From contig CAMTVK010000001.1 of the NCBI GenBank assembly GCA_947085185.1, forward strand, positions 79,243-143,242: a stretch of DNA of 64,000 nt, read 5' to 3'. This document shows, in pieces, positions 1 through 9,505 of the stretch. The stretch comes from Candidatus Fraserbacteria bacterium. GTDB taxonomy: Bacteria; Bipolaricaulota; Bipolaricaulia; RBG-16-55-9; DRXL01. Position numbers and translations under genes: made by a program. Below the pieces are notes generated by a model, which worked only from the letters and a program-made list of their open reading frames with translations, was not told where the DNA came from and searched no databases. Positions within the stretch are counted from its first letter, which is position 1. Each line of letters begins with the position of its first letter.

Positions 1-2
1 GG

Positions 3-350
3 CTGTTGCGCCCGGAGCATCTGGAGCAGATGCGCCAGGGGCTGCGCTATCATCTGGAGCGCAGGCGCATCAAGACGGCTCTAGAGGACTCCGTAGCTGC
101 CCTCCAAGCGATGCTAGAGGGCAGCTACGGCCGGCCTCCGCCCAGCGTATCTGGGGGGATTCAGTGGTCGTGGGTGGCGATACTTGTTGGAGGGCTTGTG
201 GGACTAGGCGGAGCAGCTCTCTTGATGCGAGCGTTGTTGGGGAATCGGTGTCCGCGCTGCGGCGCCCGCTTGCGCTCCTATCGGGCTACGGGGCGCCGCA
301 GCACCCAGTACCGAAGCTGTCCCTTCTGTGGCTATGCGCGTTTTCGCTAG
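3..350 (+). CDS. 3' part of membrane protein with C-terminal Zn-ribbon (possibly TPM-domain family); 5'-truncated by window edge
   Basis: Frame open from window start; one TM segment (WSWVAILVGGLVGLGGAALL) then CPRC...CPFC. Confidence 0.6.
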   Translation: MLRPEHLEQMRQGLRYHLERRRIKTALEDSVAALQAMLEGSYGRPPPSVSGGIQWSWVAILVGGLVGLGGAALLMRALLGNRCPRCGARLRSYRATGRRSTQYRSCPFCGYARFR

Positions 351-637
351 TTCAAGCTCGCGTTCAGCTTTTTTTCTGCATCATCGTGGGTCAAGCGGAT
401 GACCAAGGAGAGACTGAGTCTGTTGCCTTCGGCTTGGAGCCGCGCGCGCAGCTCGCGATTGTGCGCTAACAGCTGGACCAGATCGTTCGCGAGCAACTGA
501 GCCGCCGCGTGAATATACGAAAGATCATGCCCGTTTCCCAAATCTTGCCATTCTTCGATAGTGCCTACCAAGCGGGCCTCTGCTTCTGCCATAGGTGCCA
601 GCCTCCTTTTGTGCTTAGGACTTATCCTACGAGCCAC
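347..637 (-). CDS. hypothetical protein
   Basis: 96-aa ORF convergent with upstream gene and divergent from rnpB; no recognised motif; start uncertain. Confidence 0.4.
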   Translation of the reverse strand: MARRISPKHKRRLAPMAEAEARLVGTIEEWQDLGNGHDLSYIHAAAQLLANDLVQLLAHNRELRARLQAEGNRLSLSLVIRLTHDDAEKKLNASLN

Positions 638-670
638 AGGGCCACAAGACTATGATGGACATTACATTCG

Positions 671-679
671 TGATATAAT
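671..679 (+). promoter_or_regulatory. extended -10 promoter of rnpB
   Basis: TGaTATAAT a few nt upstream of RNase P P1 helix. Confidence 0.7.
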
Positions 680-684
680 TGGGG

Positions 685-1049
685 TGTGCAGAGGGGCGGA
701 GGGCCGCGGGTGCCGCGCACGCGTGCACCTGAGGAAAGTCCGGACTCTGCAGGGCAGGCCGCTCGCCGCAAGGCGAGAGGGAGCGATCCTTGGAAAGTGC
801 CACAGAGAAGAGACCGCCGAAGGCCCCCACCCTTCTCTGTGAGGGCCAGGCAAGGGTGAAACGGTGGGGTAAGAGCCCACCGCCCCGCTCGCGAGAGTCG
901 GGGGCACGGCAAACCCCGGCCAGAGCAAGACCAAGTAAGGGCGCGCCTGAGAGTGGCCCGCTCGATGCGCCTGGGTAGGTCGCCTAGAGAGATGGCCCTC
1001 ACCGGCTCGCAAGAGCCGGCACAGAATCCGGCTTATGCTCCTCTGCACG
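685..1049 (+). ncRNA. rnpB: RNase P RNA (type A-like, lacking P18)
   Basis: GAGGAAAGTCCGGACT (CR-I) and ACAGAATCCGGCTTAT (CR-V); P1 pairing gtgcagaggggc/gctcctctgcac; GGGTGAAACGG..TAAGAG..GGCAAACC motifs. Confidence 0.97.
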
Positions 1050-1116
1050 ATTCTTTTCGACAGGAGTAACATGAGACGCCCTTGAGTTTCTGCACTGTTT
1101 GTGATATAAGAATAAT

Positions 1117-2139
1117 ATGCTGCCCTCAAAGATCTCTCAATCGCGAAGTCGGGAAGTCACGAGGACTCATGGCCCGATCTCTGCGTTTCTCACGCATCAC
1201 TTCAGGCACTTCAACGCGGCAACGCTCATAGAGGCCGCCGACGCGTACCGTCGCCATCTCGACGCCGGCGGCAAGATGCTGCTCACTCTGGCAGGAGCAA
1301 TGAGCACGGCCGAACTGGGACTCAGCCTCGCAGAGATGATCCGCCAGGACAAAGTCCATGCGATCTCCTGCACCGGGGCCAACCTCGAAGAAGATCTGTT
1401 CAATCTTGTGGCCCACGACTTCTATGAGCGGGTGCCAAACTGGCGGGATCTGACGCCTCAAGATGAGCAGGCGCTCTTTGAGCGCCACATGAACCGCGTC
1501 ACCGACACGTGTATCCCTGAGGAGGAGGCGATGCGGCGGCTGGAGCGCGCGCTGCTAGAGGAGTGGACGCGCGCCGACCGCGCCGGTGAGCGCTTCTTCC
1601 CCCATGAGTTTATGTACCGCATCCTGCGGTCGGGTGCGCTGGAGCAGTTCTACCAGATCGATCCAAAAGATTCGTGGGTCTACGCGGCGATGGAGAAGGA
1701 CTTGCCCCTCTTTGTGCCCGGTTGGGAAGACTCGACCATGGGGAACATGTACGCGGCGCACTGCATCGCGGGAGACATCCGGAACATCCACACGGTGCGC
1801 ACCGGGATCGAGTATATGATCGAGCTGGCAGAATGGTACACGCAGATGTCCGCGGAAGCGTCCATAGGATTCTTTCAGATTGGAGGGGGGATCGCTGGGG
1901 ATTTTGCGATCTGCGTCGTCCCCATGCTCCATCAAGATCTGCGGCGCAAAGACGTCCCGGTGTGGGGCTATTTCTGTCAGATCTCAGATGCGACGACGAG
2001 CTACGGGTCCTACTCAGGCGCCATCCCCAACGAGAAGATCACGTGGGGCAAGCTTGCGGTGGAGACGCCCAAATTCGTCATCGAATCAGATGCCACGATC
2101 GTCGCGCCGCTCATCTTCGCGTACGTCCTTGGATGGTGA
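1117..2139 (+). CDS. deoxyhypusine synthase-like protein (bacterial DHS/homospermidine synthase-like)
   Basis: LAGAMST, TGANLEED, GSYSGA..NEKITWGK, IESDATIVAPL motifs. Confidence 0.9.
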   Translation: MLPSKISQSRSREVTRTHGPISAFLTHHFRHFNAATLIEAADAYRRHLDAGGKMLLTLAGAMSTAELGLSLAEMIRQDKVHAISCTGANLEEDLFNLVAHDFYERVPNWRDLTPQDEQALFERHMNRVTDTCIPEEEAMRRLERALLEEWTRADRAGERFFPHEFMYRILRSGALEQFYQIDPKDSWVYAAMEKDLPLFVPGWEDSTMGNMYAAHCIAGDIRNIHTVRTGIEYMIELAEWYTQMSAEASIGFFQIGGGIAGDFAICVVPMLHQDLRRKDVPVWGYFCQISDATTSYGSYSGAIPNEKITWGKLAVETPKFVIESDATIVAPLIFAYVLGW

Positions 2140-2146
2140 GGGTGTT

Positions 2147-3190
2147 CTAGCAGATTCTGGGGAGCTGCTCCCCGCTGAGCATATCTACGATTCTCTGGGC
2201 GCCAATGCGGCTCTTGAGGGTGACAAGGCCTTGAGGCTCTGCTAAGACGCGCCCAATGAGCGCTGCTTGTGGGGAGAAGGTCTTGAGGATCTCGAGCGCT
2301 CGCGCGGCGTCCTGCGGCGCAACAAACGCGATGAAGCGCCCCTCATTAGCAACGTAGAGGGGATCCAGCCCTAAGATCTCACACGCCCCCTGCACGTCCT
2401 CGCGGACGGGCACGGCGCTCTCGTCTATAGCAATATTCACGTGCGCCGCTTGAGCGATCTCGGTGAGGGCGCTGGCGAGCCCGCCGCGCGTCAGATCCCG
2501 CAGACAGTGAATCTCGATGTCCTCTTCGATGAGCTTCATGACGGGATGCGCTAATGGGGTGCAGTCGCTAGTGATTTCGCTCTCGAACGCGAGCCCCTCG
2601 CGCACGGCCATGATCGCGATCCCGTGGCGCCCTATGTCTCCGTTGAGTACGACCACATCGTTGGGGCGGACGCGCGTGGGGGAAATCACACGATCGTGCT
2701 CGATGATCCCCAGGCCCGCAGTGTTAATAAAAACTCCGTCGCCCTTGCCCTTGTCTACGACTTTGGTGTCTCCAGTGACAATCTGCACCTGGGCGATCTG
2801 GGCAGCTTCTCTCATAGACTGCACGATGCGCCAGAGGGTTTCCATGGGAAGCCCTTCTTCTAAAATAAACCCCGTGCTCAAGAAGAGCGGGCGGGCGCCA
2901 CACATCGCCAAGTCATTGACGGTGCCGTAGATCGCTAACTTTCCGATATCTCCGCCAGGGAAGAAGAGCGGCCGCACCACATACGAATCGGTCGTGAAGG
3001 CGAGCCTGGCGCCGTTGAGGGTGAAGGTCGCGCCGTCATGGCGCTCATTGAGATACTCATTTGCGAACGCTGCACCAAAGATCTTTTCGATGAGTTGGTG
3101 CATCAGTCTGCCGCCGCCCCCGTGCGCCAACAGAATCTGGGGATATTCAGAGATGGGGATGGGGCAGCTCAGGGAAAATTCTTCAGCCAT
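2147..3190 (-). CDS. hypE: hydrogenase maturation protein HypE
   Basis: [27 protein letters not shown]-terminal LPRIC; start moved to MAEEFS overlapping hypD stop. Confidence 0.97.
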   Translation of the reverse strand: MAEEFSLSCPIPISEYPQILLAHGGGGRLMHQLIEKIFGAAFANEYLNERHDGATFTLNGARLAFTTDSYVVRPLFFPGGDIGKLAIYGTVNDLAMCGARPLFLSTGFILEEGLPMETLWRIVQSMREAAQIAQVQIVTGDTKVVDKGKGDGVFINTAGLGIIEHDRVISPTRVRPNDVVVLNGDIGRHGIAIMAVREGLAFESEITSDCTPLAHPVMKLIEEDIEIHCLRDLTRGGLASALTEIAQAAHVNIAIDESAVPVREDVQGACEILGLDPLYVANEGRFIAFVAPQDAARALEILKTFSPQAALIGRVLAEPQGLVTLKSRIGAQRIVDMLSGEQLPRIC

Positions 3191-4277
3191 GCTGCTTCCT
3201 CCGGTAGCGATAGTACGCGGCGCACGCGCCTTCAGAGGAGACCATCGGCGCTCCCAGAGGGCGCTCGGGAGTGCAGCGCGTCCCAAACGCTGGACACTCG
3301 TGGGGCTTCTTCACGCCCTGTAACACCAGCCCCGCCATGCACTCCGACGGCTCTTCGACCGAGCGATGGGTAAGCCCGAATTTCTGCGCGGCGTCAAATT
3401 CTCTGTATTTTTCTGTGAGACCTAGCCCGCTTTGGGGGATCTCTCCAATGCCACGCCATTTTCGAGGGACAACACAGAAGACTTCGCGAATGAGCTCTTG
3501 CGCTTTGAGATTCCCCTGGCGGCGCACCGACCGGGTATACTGATTTTCGACGTCGTAGCGCCCCTCTTGAAGCTGCTTGACGCACATATAGACGCCCTGC
3601 AAGATATCGAGCGGCTCAAACCCTGTCACGACGATGGGGACTCTATATTTTTTGGCGATGGGTTCGTATTCGGTGTAGCCCATCACGGTGCAGACGTGGC
3701 CTGCAGCTAAAAAGCCCTGGACGCGATTCTTTGGGGAAGAGAGAATCGCTTCTAGTGCTGGGGGGACCAAGACGTGCGATACCAACAGCGAAAAATTTTG
3801 TATCTTTTGGTGATAGGCTTGGTAGACGGCCATGGCATTAGCCGGGGCGGTCGTCTCGAAGCCCACGGCGAAGAAGACGACTTCTCTCTTGGGATTCTCT
3901 TGAGCGAGTTTGAGGGCATCTAAGGGCGAGTAGACGATGCGCACGTCGCCCCCTTGCGCCTTGACCGAGAGCAGATCACACTTGGTGCCGGGGACGCGCA
4001 GCATATCGCCAAACGAGCAAAAGATCACCTCAGGGCGCGAGGCGATCTCGATCGCTTTGTCTATGAGCTCGACGGGGGTGACGCAGACGGGGCAGCCCGG
4101 CCCATGCACAAGCGTGATCTCCTTGGGGAGCAGCTCGTCTATGCCGAATTTAATAATAGCATGGGTCTGGCCGCCGCAGACCTCCATGATCGTCCAGGGT
4201 CTTGTGGTGATCTGGGCGATCAGCCGGGCGTAGCGCCATGCGAGCGTGGCGTCGCGATACTCGTCAATAAATCTCAT
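3183..4277 (-). CDS. hypD: hydrogenase maturation protein HypD
   Basis: [36 protein letters not shown]. Confidence 0.98.
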   Translation of the reverse strand: MRFIDEYRDATLAWRYARLIAQITTRPWTIMEVCGGQTHAIIKFGIDELLPKEITLVHGPGCPVCVTPVELIDKAIEIASRPEVIFCSFGDMLRVPGTKCDLLSVKAQGGDVRIVYSPLDALKLAQENPKREVVFFAVGFETTAPANAMAVYQAYHQKIQNFSLLVSHVLVPPALEAILSSPKNRVQGFLAAGHVCTVMGYTEYEPIAKKYRVPIVVTGFEPLDILQGVYMCVKQLQEGRYDVENQYTRSVRRQGNLKAQELIREVFCVVPRKWRGIGEIPQSGLGLTEKYREFDAAQKFGLTHRSVEEPSECMAGLVLQGVKKPHECPAFGTRCTPERPLGAPMVSSEGACAAYYRYRRKQHG

Positions 4278-4324
4278 CTTTCAAAGAATAGCACAGACGC
4301 CAAGCCCGCTCAAACGAAGTCTTA

Positions 4325-5404
4325 TTAATAGAGAGTATATTGAAATCCCAAGCTCAGCCCCCAGCTCGGCTCTTCAAAGCCTGTTCCCCAACTTGTCTCT
4401 GTGCGTGCAAGCACGCTGAGGGCACTGGAGACGCGCACGCTGAAATTGACGGTGAGCGTATGGAGCTGGGTCATTGCTGTAGGCTGTTGCGTTCCGGAGA
4501 AGCTATAGAGAGCCGTCATGGTCGCTGTGGGGGAGAGCACCCGGTTGTAGCTTGCTGAGGCGGTCAGGCGAGCATATCCGGTGAAGGGCAGATCGGCTTG
4601 CCAGAGGGCATTGGCGAGGAACCCACTGTCGGCATCGAGGGCGCGGGCCAAATTCGAAGCTATTTGAATGACTGCGCTGTTGGTCCCCGTGGGGTCGAAG
4701 ACTTCGTAGCCCGCTGAGGCTGTGAGATCAAAGCCGCAGAAGCGGCGGCTCTCGTCGCTGAGCACGCTTTGGAGCACGAGCACGCCTCGCACGCCCAGGG
4801 TCGTCCCCAGGGCTTTCTCGAGCTCTTCTAGGACGGCTGTCAGGCCCAGCTCCGCGCGCCGCCCAATGATCTGAGCAATCTGATTGAGCTGATCTTGAGA
4901 GAGCGGCTGCGTCAGGATCTTCTCTTGGTGGAGGGCTTCGGAGACTTTCAGCGCTTTGGCCATAGGGGTGACATCGCGGAAGCGTCCCCATCCTGCACCG
5001 GCAAGCAACGTGACAGCGAGATTGGCCTGCCCCGGAACCCCCGTGGATGCCAGACCTCCAAAGAGAAAGAGATTCTCGTCCAGATACCGACGCAGCTCGG
5101 CAGAGCTCGCGATCGAGATGTCAAATTGGATAGCTTGCCCTAGCTCCAGACGCGCTGAGCCCTCTAAGCGATAGCCCCACTCCGGCTCGGCTAACCACGA
5201 CACCCATTGGACGGCTAAATGACCAACGCTGACATTGTCACGATTATCGAGATATTTGTCGTTGAAATAGCGATAGTCCCCACTAAGACTGAGAGCGAAG
5301 AGCTCGTTGCGCGGAGGAGTGTAGTCGCAGATATTGACCTGTGCTAAAGCCACCCCACTAGAGATCACGAGAGAGATTGCAATAACGCTCAGCACTGTTT
5401 TCAT
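4325..5404 (-). CDS. secreted protein, probable outer-membrane beta-barrel
   Basis: Signal peptide MKTVLSVIAISLVISSGVALA; alternating hydrophobic/aromatic strands; ends LGFQYTLY; RBS AGGAG upstream of ATG 5404. Confidence 0.6.
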   Translation of the reverse strand: MKTVLSVIAISLVISSGVALAQVNICDYTPPRNELFALSLSGDYRYFNDKYLDNRDNVSVGHLAVQWVSWLAEPEWGYRLEGSARLELGQAIQFDISIASSAELRRYLDENLFLFGGLASTGVPGQANLAVTLLAGAGWGRFRDVTPMAKALKVSEALHQEKILTQPLSQDQLNQIAQIIGRRAELGLTAVLEELEKALGTTLGVRGVLVLQSVLSDESRRFCGFDLTASAGYEVFDPTGTNSAVIQIASNLARALDADSGFLANALWQADLPFTGYARLTASASYNRVLSPTATMTALYSFSGTQQPTAMTQLHTLTVNFSVRVSSALSVLARTETSWGTGFEEPSWGLSLGFQYTLY

Positions 5405-5446
5405 AAACAGCACTCCTTTCTTGCTCTTGTGTTTGGTTGCTCATAG

Positions 5447-5475
5447 ATTATACGTATATAGCAAACGTTAGTCAA
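5447..5475 (-). promoter_or_regulatory. near-consensus sigma70 promoter of the beta-barrel-like gene
   Basis: TTGACT-17 nt-TATAAT on minus strand. Confidence 0.8.
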
Positions 5476-5508
5476 ATTTTAAAGTTCCATTGGGGGGGGC
5501 ACAATGAC

Positions 5509-5778
5509 TTACGAATGCTGCTTAGGCCCTGACATCTTGAGCTCTTCCAGCTCGCCCATCTCTTTGAGATACTCGAAGACTTTTTGGGCTTCGGCTTCAT
5601 TGAGCTTGCCGATCGCAAAGCCGACGTGCACGATGACGTAGTCGCCGACTTGAGCGTCGGGGACATACGCTAGATTGACTTCTTTCACGATGCCCCCAAA
5701 GCTCACCCTGCCCGTGCGCAGGATGGGATCGTCGTTCTCGCTAATGCTGATGATCTTCCCTGGAACGGCAAGACACAT
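5509..5778 (-). CDS. hypC: hydrogenase maturation chaperone HypC
   Basis: N-terminal MCLAVPG, GDYVIVHVGFA. Confidence 0.97.
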   Translation of the reverse strand: MCLAVPGKIISISENDDPILRTGRVSFGGIVKEVNLAYVPDAQVGDYVIVHVGFAIGKLNEAEAQKVFEYLKEMGELEELKMSGPKQHS

Positions 5779-5784
5779 CTCTAT

Positions 5785-8052
5785 TCACCCCTTAGCCCAA
5801 GCAGCGACGATCTGTCCGAGGGCGATGCCCCCGTCGTTGGGGGGAATTCTCTGGTGCCAATAGACACGAAAGCCCTCCTCACGGAGCCGCGCGATCGCCC
5901 GCTCGGTCAGATAGAGATTCTGAAAGCATCCGCCTGTGAGCACGACCCTCTCTTCCCCGACACGCCGCGCCACAGCGACGATCATCTCCACCAGAGTCTT
6001 GTGAAACTTCGCTGCTATCTTACCAACTGAAACGCTATCACGCACGTCGCCAACGAGAGAGCGAAGCATCGGCCCCCAGTCGAGCGTCTCTTCCGAGAGA
6101 GCAAAATCATAGCTCTCGTCTGTCTCGATCCCGTGCAGGGCAAATTCGAGCTCCATCGCCGCTTGGCCCTCAAAACGATTGATCTGTCTCAGCCCCACTA
6201 TCGAAGCGAGAGCATCGAAGAGCCGCCCGACGCTCGAAGTGTAAGGGCTGTTGAGATCCTTCTGGAGCATTGTGCGCAAGATCTCAAGCTCTCTTTCAGA
6301 GAAGGCCCGCACCGGTGCGCATTCTGTCATGGAGAAGAGCGCATCCCCATAGAGCTCGTAGAGCACACCGAGAGCAGATCGTCTCGGCTCTCTGACAGCG
6401 TGCTCGCCTCCGGGAAGACGAAACGGTCGCAGATAGGCAACCCTCGTGAAAGATTCTCGCGTCGCCAGCAGAAACTCTCCCCCCCAGATCGTGCCGTCGA
6501 GCCCGTAGCCCGTCCCGTCCCACGAAACACCCAGCACTGGGCCGTCGAGTTCGTTCTCGGCCATGCACGCAAGCACATGCGCGTAGTGATGCTGCACGCT
6601 CAGTTTGGGAAGCTTGTGTCCTTGGGCGTACTGCGTCGAGAGATAGTCCGGGTGCAGATCACACGCGATGATCCGGGGGTGAGCTTCGTAGAGCCTTTCA
6701 AAGTCAGCGATCACCCTCTGAAACGCCTCGAACGCTTGGGGCGTCTCTAAGTCCCCAATATGCTGACTGACGAAGACGTTTGGGCCGACCGAGAGCGCGA
6801 CGGTATTTTTGAGATGAGCGCCGACAGCTAAGACAGTTTTGGGTTTTGCGCGCTCCATCTGCAGGTGTATGGGGAGCGGGGCAAAGCCGCGGGCGCGGCG
6901 CAGCACCAGCTCCCGACCGGCTATGATACGCACGATCGAGTCGTCCACATGGCGGGCAATGGGACGATCGTGCACGAGAAAGAGATCGGCGATTCTAGTG
7001 AGTCGTGTGAGGGCTTCGTGCTCGTCGGTGCAGATGGGCTCATCGGAGAGGTTCCCGCTTGTGGCGACGACGGGGAACCCCAGCTCGGCCATCAAGAGAT
7101 GGTGCAAGGGGGTATAGGGGAGCATCACGCCCAGATAGGGGGTGCGCGGGGCGACAGTGGGGGCGATCTGCGCATGCTCTTTCCGGCGCACAAGCACGAT
7201 CGGCGCCTCCGGAGCAGTAAGCACTCGCTCTTCAAGCTTTGAAATTTCGCAGTGCGCTTTAACAAGCTCTAGCGATGGGTACATGAGTGCGAGGGGCTTC
7301 TCTTGGCGGTGCTTGCGGCGACGCAGCTCGTGCACGGCTTGTTCATCGCGAGCATCGCAGATGAGATGGAACCCGCCCAAGCCCTTCACCGCGACGATCT
7401 GTCCGTCGCGAATCGCTTGGGCAGCGTGGAGCAAGGCGTCGTCGTACTGAGCGAGCACGGTGCCCTTGGGGTCCCATAGTTCTAGGTGCGGCCCGCACTT
7501 TGGGCAGGCGTTGGGTTGAGCGTGGAAGCGCCGATTCGATGGGTCGTCGTACTCGGCCTGGCAGTCAGAGCACATCGGGAATTTTTTCATAGTGGTGTTC
7601 GGGCGATCATACGGGAGGGCTTCAATGATGGAGAAGCGCGGGCCACAATTGGTGCAGTTGGTGAATGGGTAGCGATAGCGTCGGTCATGGGGATCGAAGA
7701 TCTCGCGTACGCACTCAGGGCAGGTCGCAATATCTGGGAGGATAAGAGCTGTCTTGTGGCCCGACTCGTCGCTGTGGCGGATCTCGAATGCGCTAGAGCC
7801 GACGGGATCGAGCCAAGAGTATTCTAAGCTCTGGATGAACGCGTGCGGAGGCTTGTCGCGCGTCAGTCTCTGGAGAAACTCGTCGAGTTGCGCTTTGGTT
7901 CCCTCGGCTTCGATGGAGACGCCCTGGGCGGAGTTGAGCACCCAGCCCGTGAGTTTCAGTTCTGTCGCCAGGCGCCAGACGAATGGCCGAAAGCCTACCC
8001 CTTGCACCGCGCCGTGAATAGCGATCTTCAAGCGAACGATCTGTTCGCTCAT
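5785..8052 (-). CDS. hypF: carbamoyltransferase HypF
   Basis: Acylphosphatase GAVQGVGFRP, two CxxC zinc fingers, QHHYAH, PPNDGGIALGQ. Confidence 0.98.
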   Translation of the reverse strand: MSEQIVRLKIAIHGAVQGVGFRPFVWRLATELKLTGWVLNSAQGVSIEAEGTKAQLDEFLQRLTRDKPPHAFIQSLEYSWLDPVGSSAFEIRHSDESGHKTALILPDIATCPECVREIFDPHDRRYRYPFTNCTNCGPRFSIIEALPYDRPNTTMKKFPMCSDCQAEYDDPSNRRFHAQPNACPKCGPHLELWDPKGTVLAQYDDALLHAAQAIRDGQIVAVKGLGGFHLICDARDEQAVHELRRRKHRQEKPLALMYPSLELVKAHCEISKLEERVLTAPEAPIVLVRRKEHAQIAPTVAPRTPYLGVMLPYTPLHHLLMAELGFPVVATSGNLSDEPICTDEHEALTRLTRIADLFLVHDRPIARHVDDSIVRIIAGRELVLRRARGFAPLPIHLQMERAKPKTVLAVGAHLKNTVALSVGPNVFVSQHIGDLETPQAFEAFQRVIADFERLYEAHPRIIACDLHPDYLSTQYAQGHKLPKLSVQHHYAHVLACMAENELDGPVLGVSWDGTGYGLDGTIWGGEFLLATRESFTRVAYLRPFRLPGGEHAVREPRRSALGVLYELYGDALFSMTECAPVRAFSERELEILRTMLQKDLNSPYTSSVGRLFDALASIVGLRQINRFEGQAAMELEFALHGIETDESYDFALSEETLDWGPMLRSLVGDVRDSVSVGKIAAKFHKTLVEMIVAVARRVGEERVVLTGGCFQNLYLTERAIARLREEGFRVYWHQRIPPNDGGIALGQIVAAWAKG

Positions 8053-8144
8053 GGCTCTTAAGTATATGAGCTGCGTGCACGGGGCGGCAAGCCCTCGGCT
8101 TTCTCTAGAGCTCTCTTATGATTTGTCGTTGAGGGGGGAGATTT

Positions 8145-8208
8145 TGATTTTTGCTAGCTTTTTCGCTGATCTTGATCATAGCGCGATCTGGGGAAGTTCA
8201 CCTAAAAT
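8145..8208 (+). promoter_or_regulatory. cooC/acs operon promoter with TGA-N6-TCA box
   Basis: TGAtcttgaTCA at 8167-8178, partial box 22 bp upstream, -10 TAAAAT at 8203-8208. Confidence 0.55.
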
Positions 8209-8217
8209 GCAACGGCT

Positions 8218-8958
8218 ATGAAGATTGCGATCTCGGGCAAGGGCGGGGTGGGCAAGACCACGCTCTGTGCTCTGCTAGCGAGAGAGGCTGTCGCGCAAGG
8301 GAAGCGCGTCTTCGCTGTGGACGCCGACCCAAACCCAACGTTGGCCTTGGCCCTGGGCCTCCCCGGAGAGATCACACCCCTGGTCGAGCTGCAAGGGCTC
8401 ATAGAAGAGCGCGTGGGCTCGATGGATGGCTTTTTTCGACTCAACCCCACAGTCGACGACATCCCTGAGCGCTTTGCTGTCGAGCACGACGGCATAAAGC
8501 TCTTGGTGATGGGGCCGATCCGTCAGGGCGGAGGCGGCTGCGCCTGCCCGCAGAATACGTTCTTGAAGGGCTTGCTGCAGCACTTGGTCTTGGAGCGCGA
8601 TGAAGTGATTCTGTTAGATTTTGAGGCGGGGCTGGAGCCCCTGGGCCGCGCTACAGCCCAAGGGGTGGACGCGCTGCTCATCGTCGTCGAGCCCGACGGG
8701 GGAAGCGTCGTCACGGCCACGCGCATTCACGCCTTAGCTCAGCAGATCGGGATTAAAAGAATCTTTGCTGTGGCCAACAAGATCCGTGAGCCCGGCGAGC
8801 TGCGCGCCATCGAAGAGAGCTTAGAGATAGCTGTGATTGGGGCGCTGCCTTACAGTGAGGCGCTCCGCGTCGCCGGCCCTACGGCTCTCAGTGATAGAGA
8901 GATCCGCCATCAGGTGCACGCGATCTTGGAGAGCGTTCAGATTCCCTCTTCAGTTTGA
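8218..8958 (+). CDS. cooC: CO dehydrogenase nickel-insertion ATPase CooC
   Basis: SGKGGVGKTT, DADP, GGGCAC, DFEAGLE. Confidence 0.92.
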   Translation: MKIAISGKGGVGKTTLCALLAREAVAQGKRVFAVDADPNPTLALALGLPGEITPLVELQGLIEERVGSMDGFFRLNPTVDDIPERFAVEHDGIKLLVMGPIRQGGGGCACPQNTFLKGLLQHLVLERDEVILLDFEAGLEPLGRATAQGVDALLIVVEPDGGSVVTATRIHALAQQIGIKRIFAVANKIREPGELRAIEESLEIAVIGALPYSEALRVAGPTALSDREIRHQVHAILESVQIPSSV

Positions 8959-8983
8959 AGAGGACTCCCAAAAAGGAGGCGCG

Positions 8984-9505
8984 ATGGAGCGGCTCTTCTG
9001 CGACCCGCGGCGATGTGTGGGCTGTCGGGCGTGTGAGATCGCCTGTGCGGTCGAGCACACGCCTGCAAAAGATCTCTTTCGTGCGGTGCTGGATGGGGAG
9101 GTAGGGCCTCCGCGGCGGCGCGTCCAAACTCTTGGAGGTGAGCCCTATCGGGTAGCTATCGGGGGAGTAGTTCTTTCGCTGGGCTGCCATCACTGCGACC
9201 CGGCACCGTGCGTGGACGCGTGCATCACCGGGGCGATGCACAAAGTCAATGGCGAAACTCTCTGCGATGTAGAGAGGTGTATCGGCTGCTGGATGTGCGT
9301 GATGAGCTGCCCCTACGGCGCGATCACGCCGAGGGTGAAGGCCCTCAAGTGCGATCTCTGCCCCGACCGCAGAGAGAGAGTAGGGCGGGCGCGCTATGCG
9401 TGTGTGGAGGCGTGCCCCACAGAGGCGCTCTTTGCTGGAACGTTTGAAGAATTCCAAAAGATCTTGGCCGAGCCGGTAGTCTCCGTATGGGGGGGAAGGC
9501 CATGA
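8984..9505 (+). CDS. cooF: CooF-like 4x[4Fe-4S] protein
   Basis: Four Cys cluster motifs (CVGCRAC, CHHC, CIGCWMC, KCDLC); RBS AGGAGG before ATG 8984. Confidence 0.85.
   Translation: MERLFCDPRRCVGCRACEIACAVEHTPAKDLFRAVLDGEVGPPRRRVQTLGGEPYRVAIGGVVLSLGCHHCDPAPCVDACITGAMHKVNGETLCDVERCIGCWMCVMSCPYGAITPRVKALKCDLCPDRRERVGRARYACVEACPTEALFAGTFEEFQKILAEPVVSVWGGRP

Noticed and set aside
561..1129. Several 60-155 aa ORFs
   Set aside because: They overlap the RNase P RNA gene; spurious GC-rich frames
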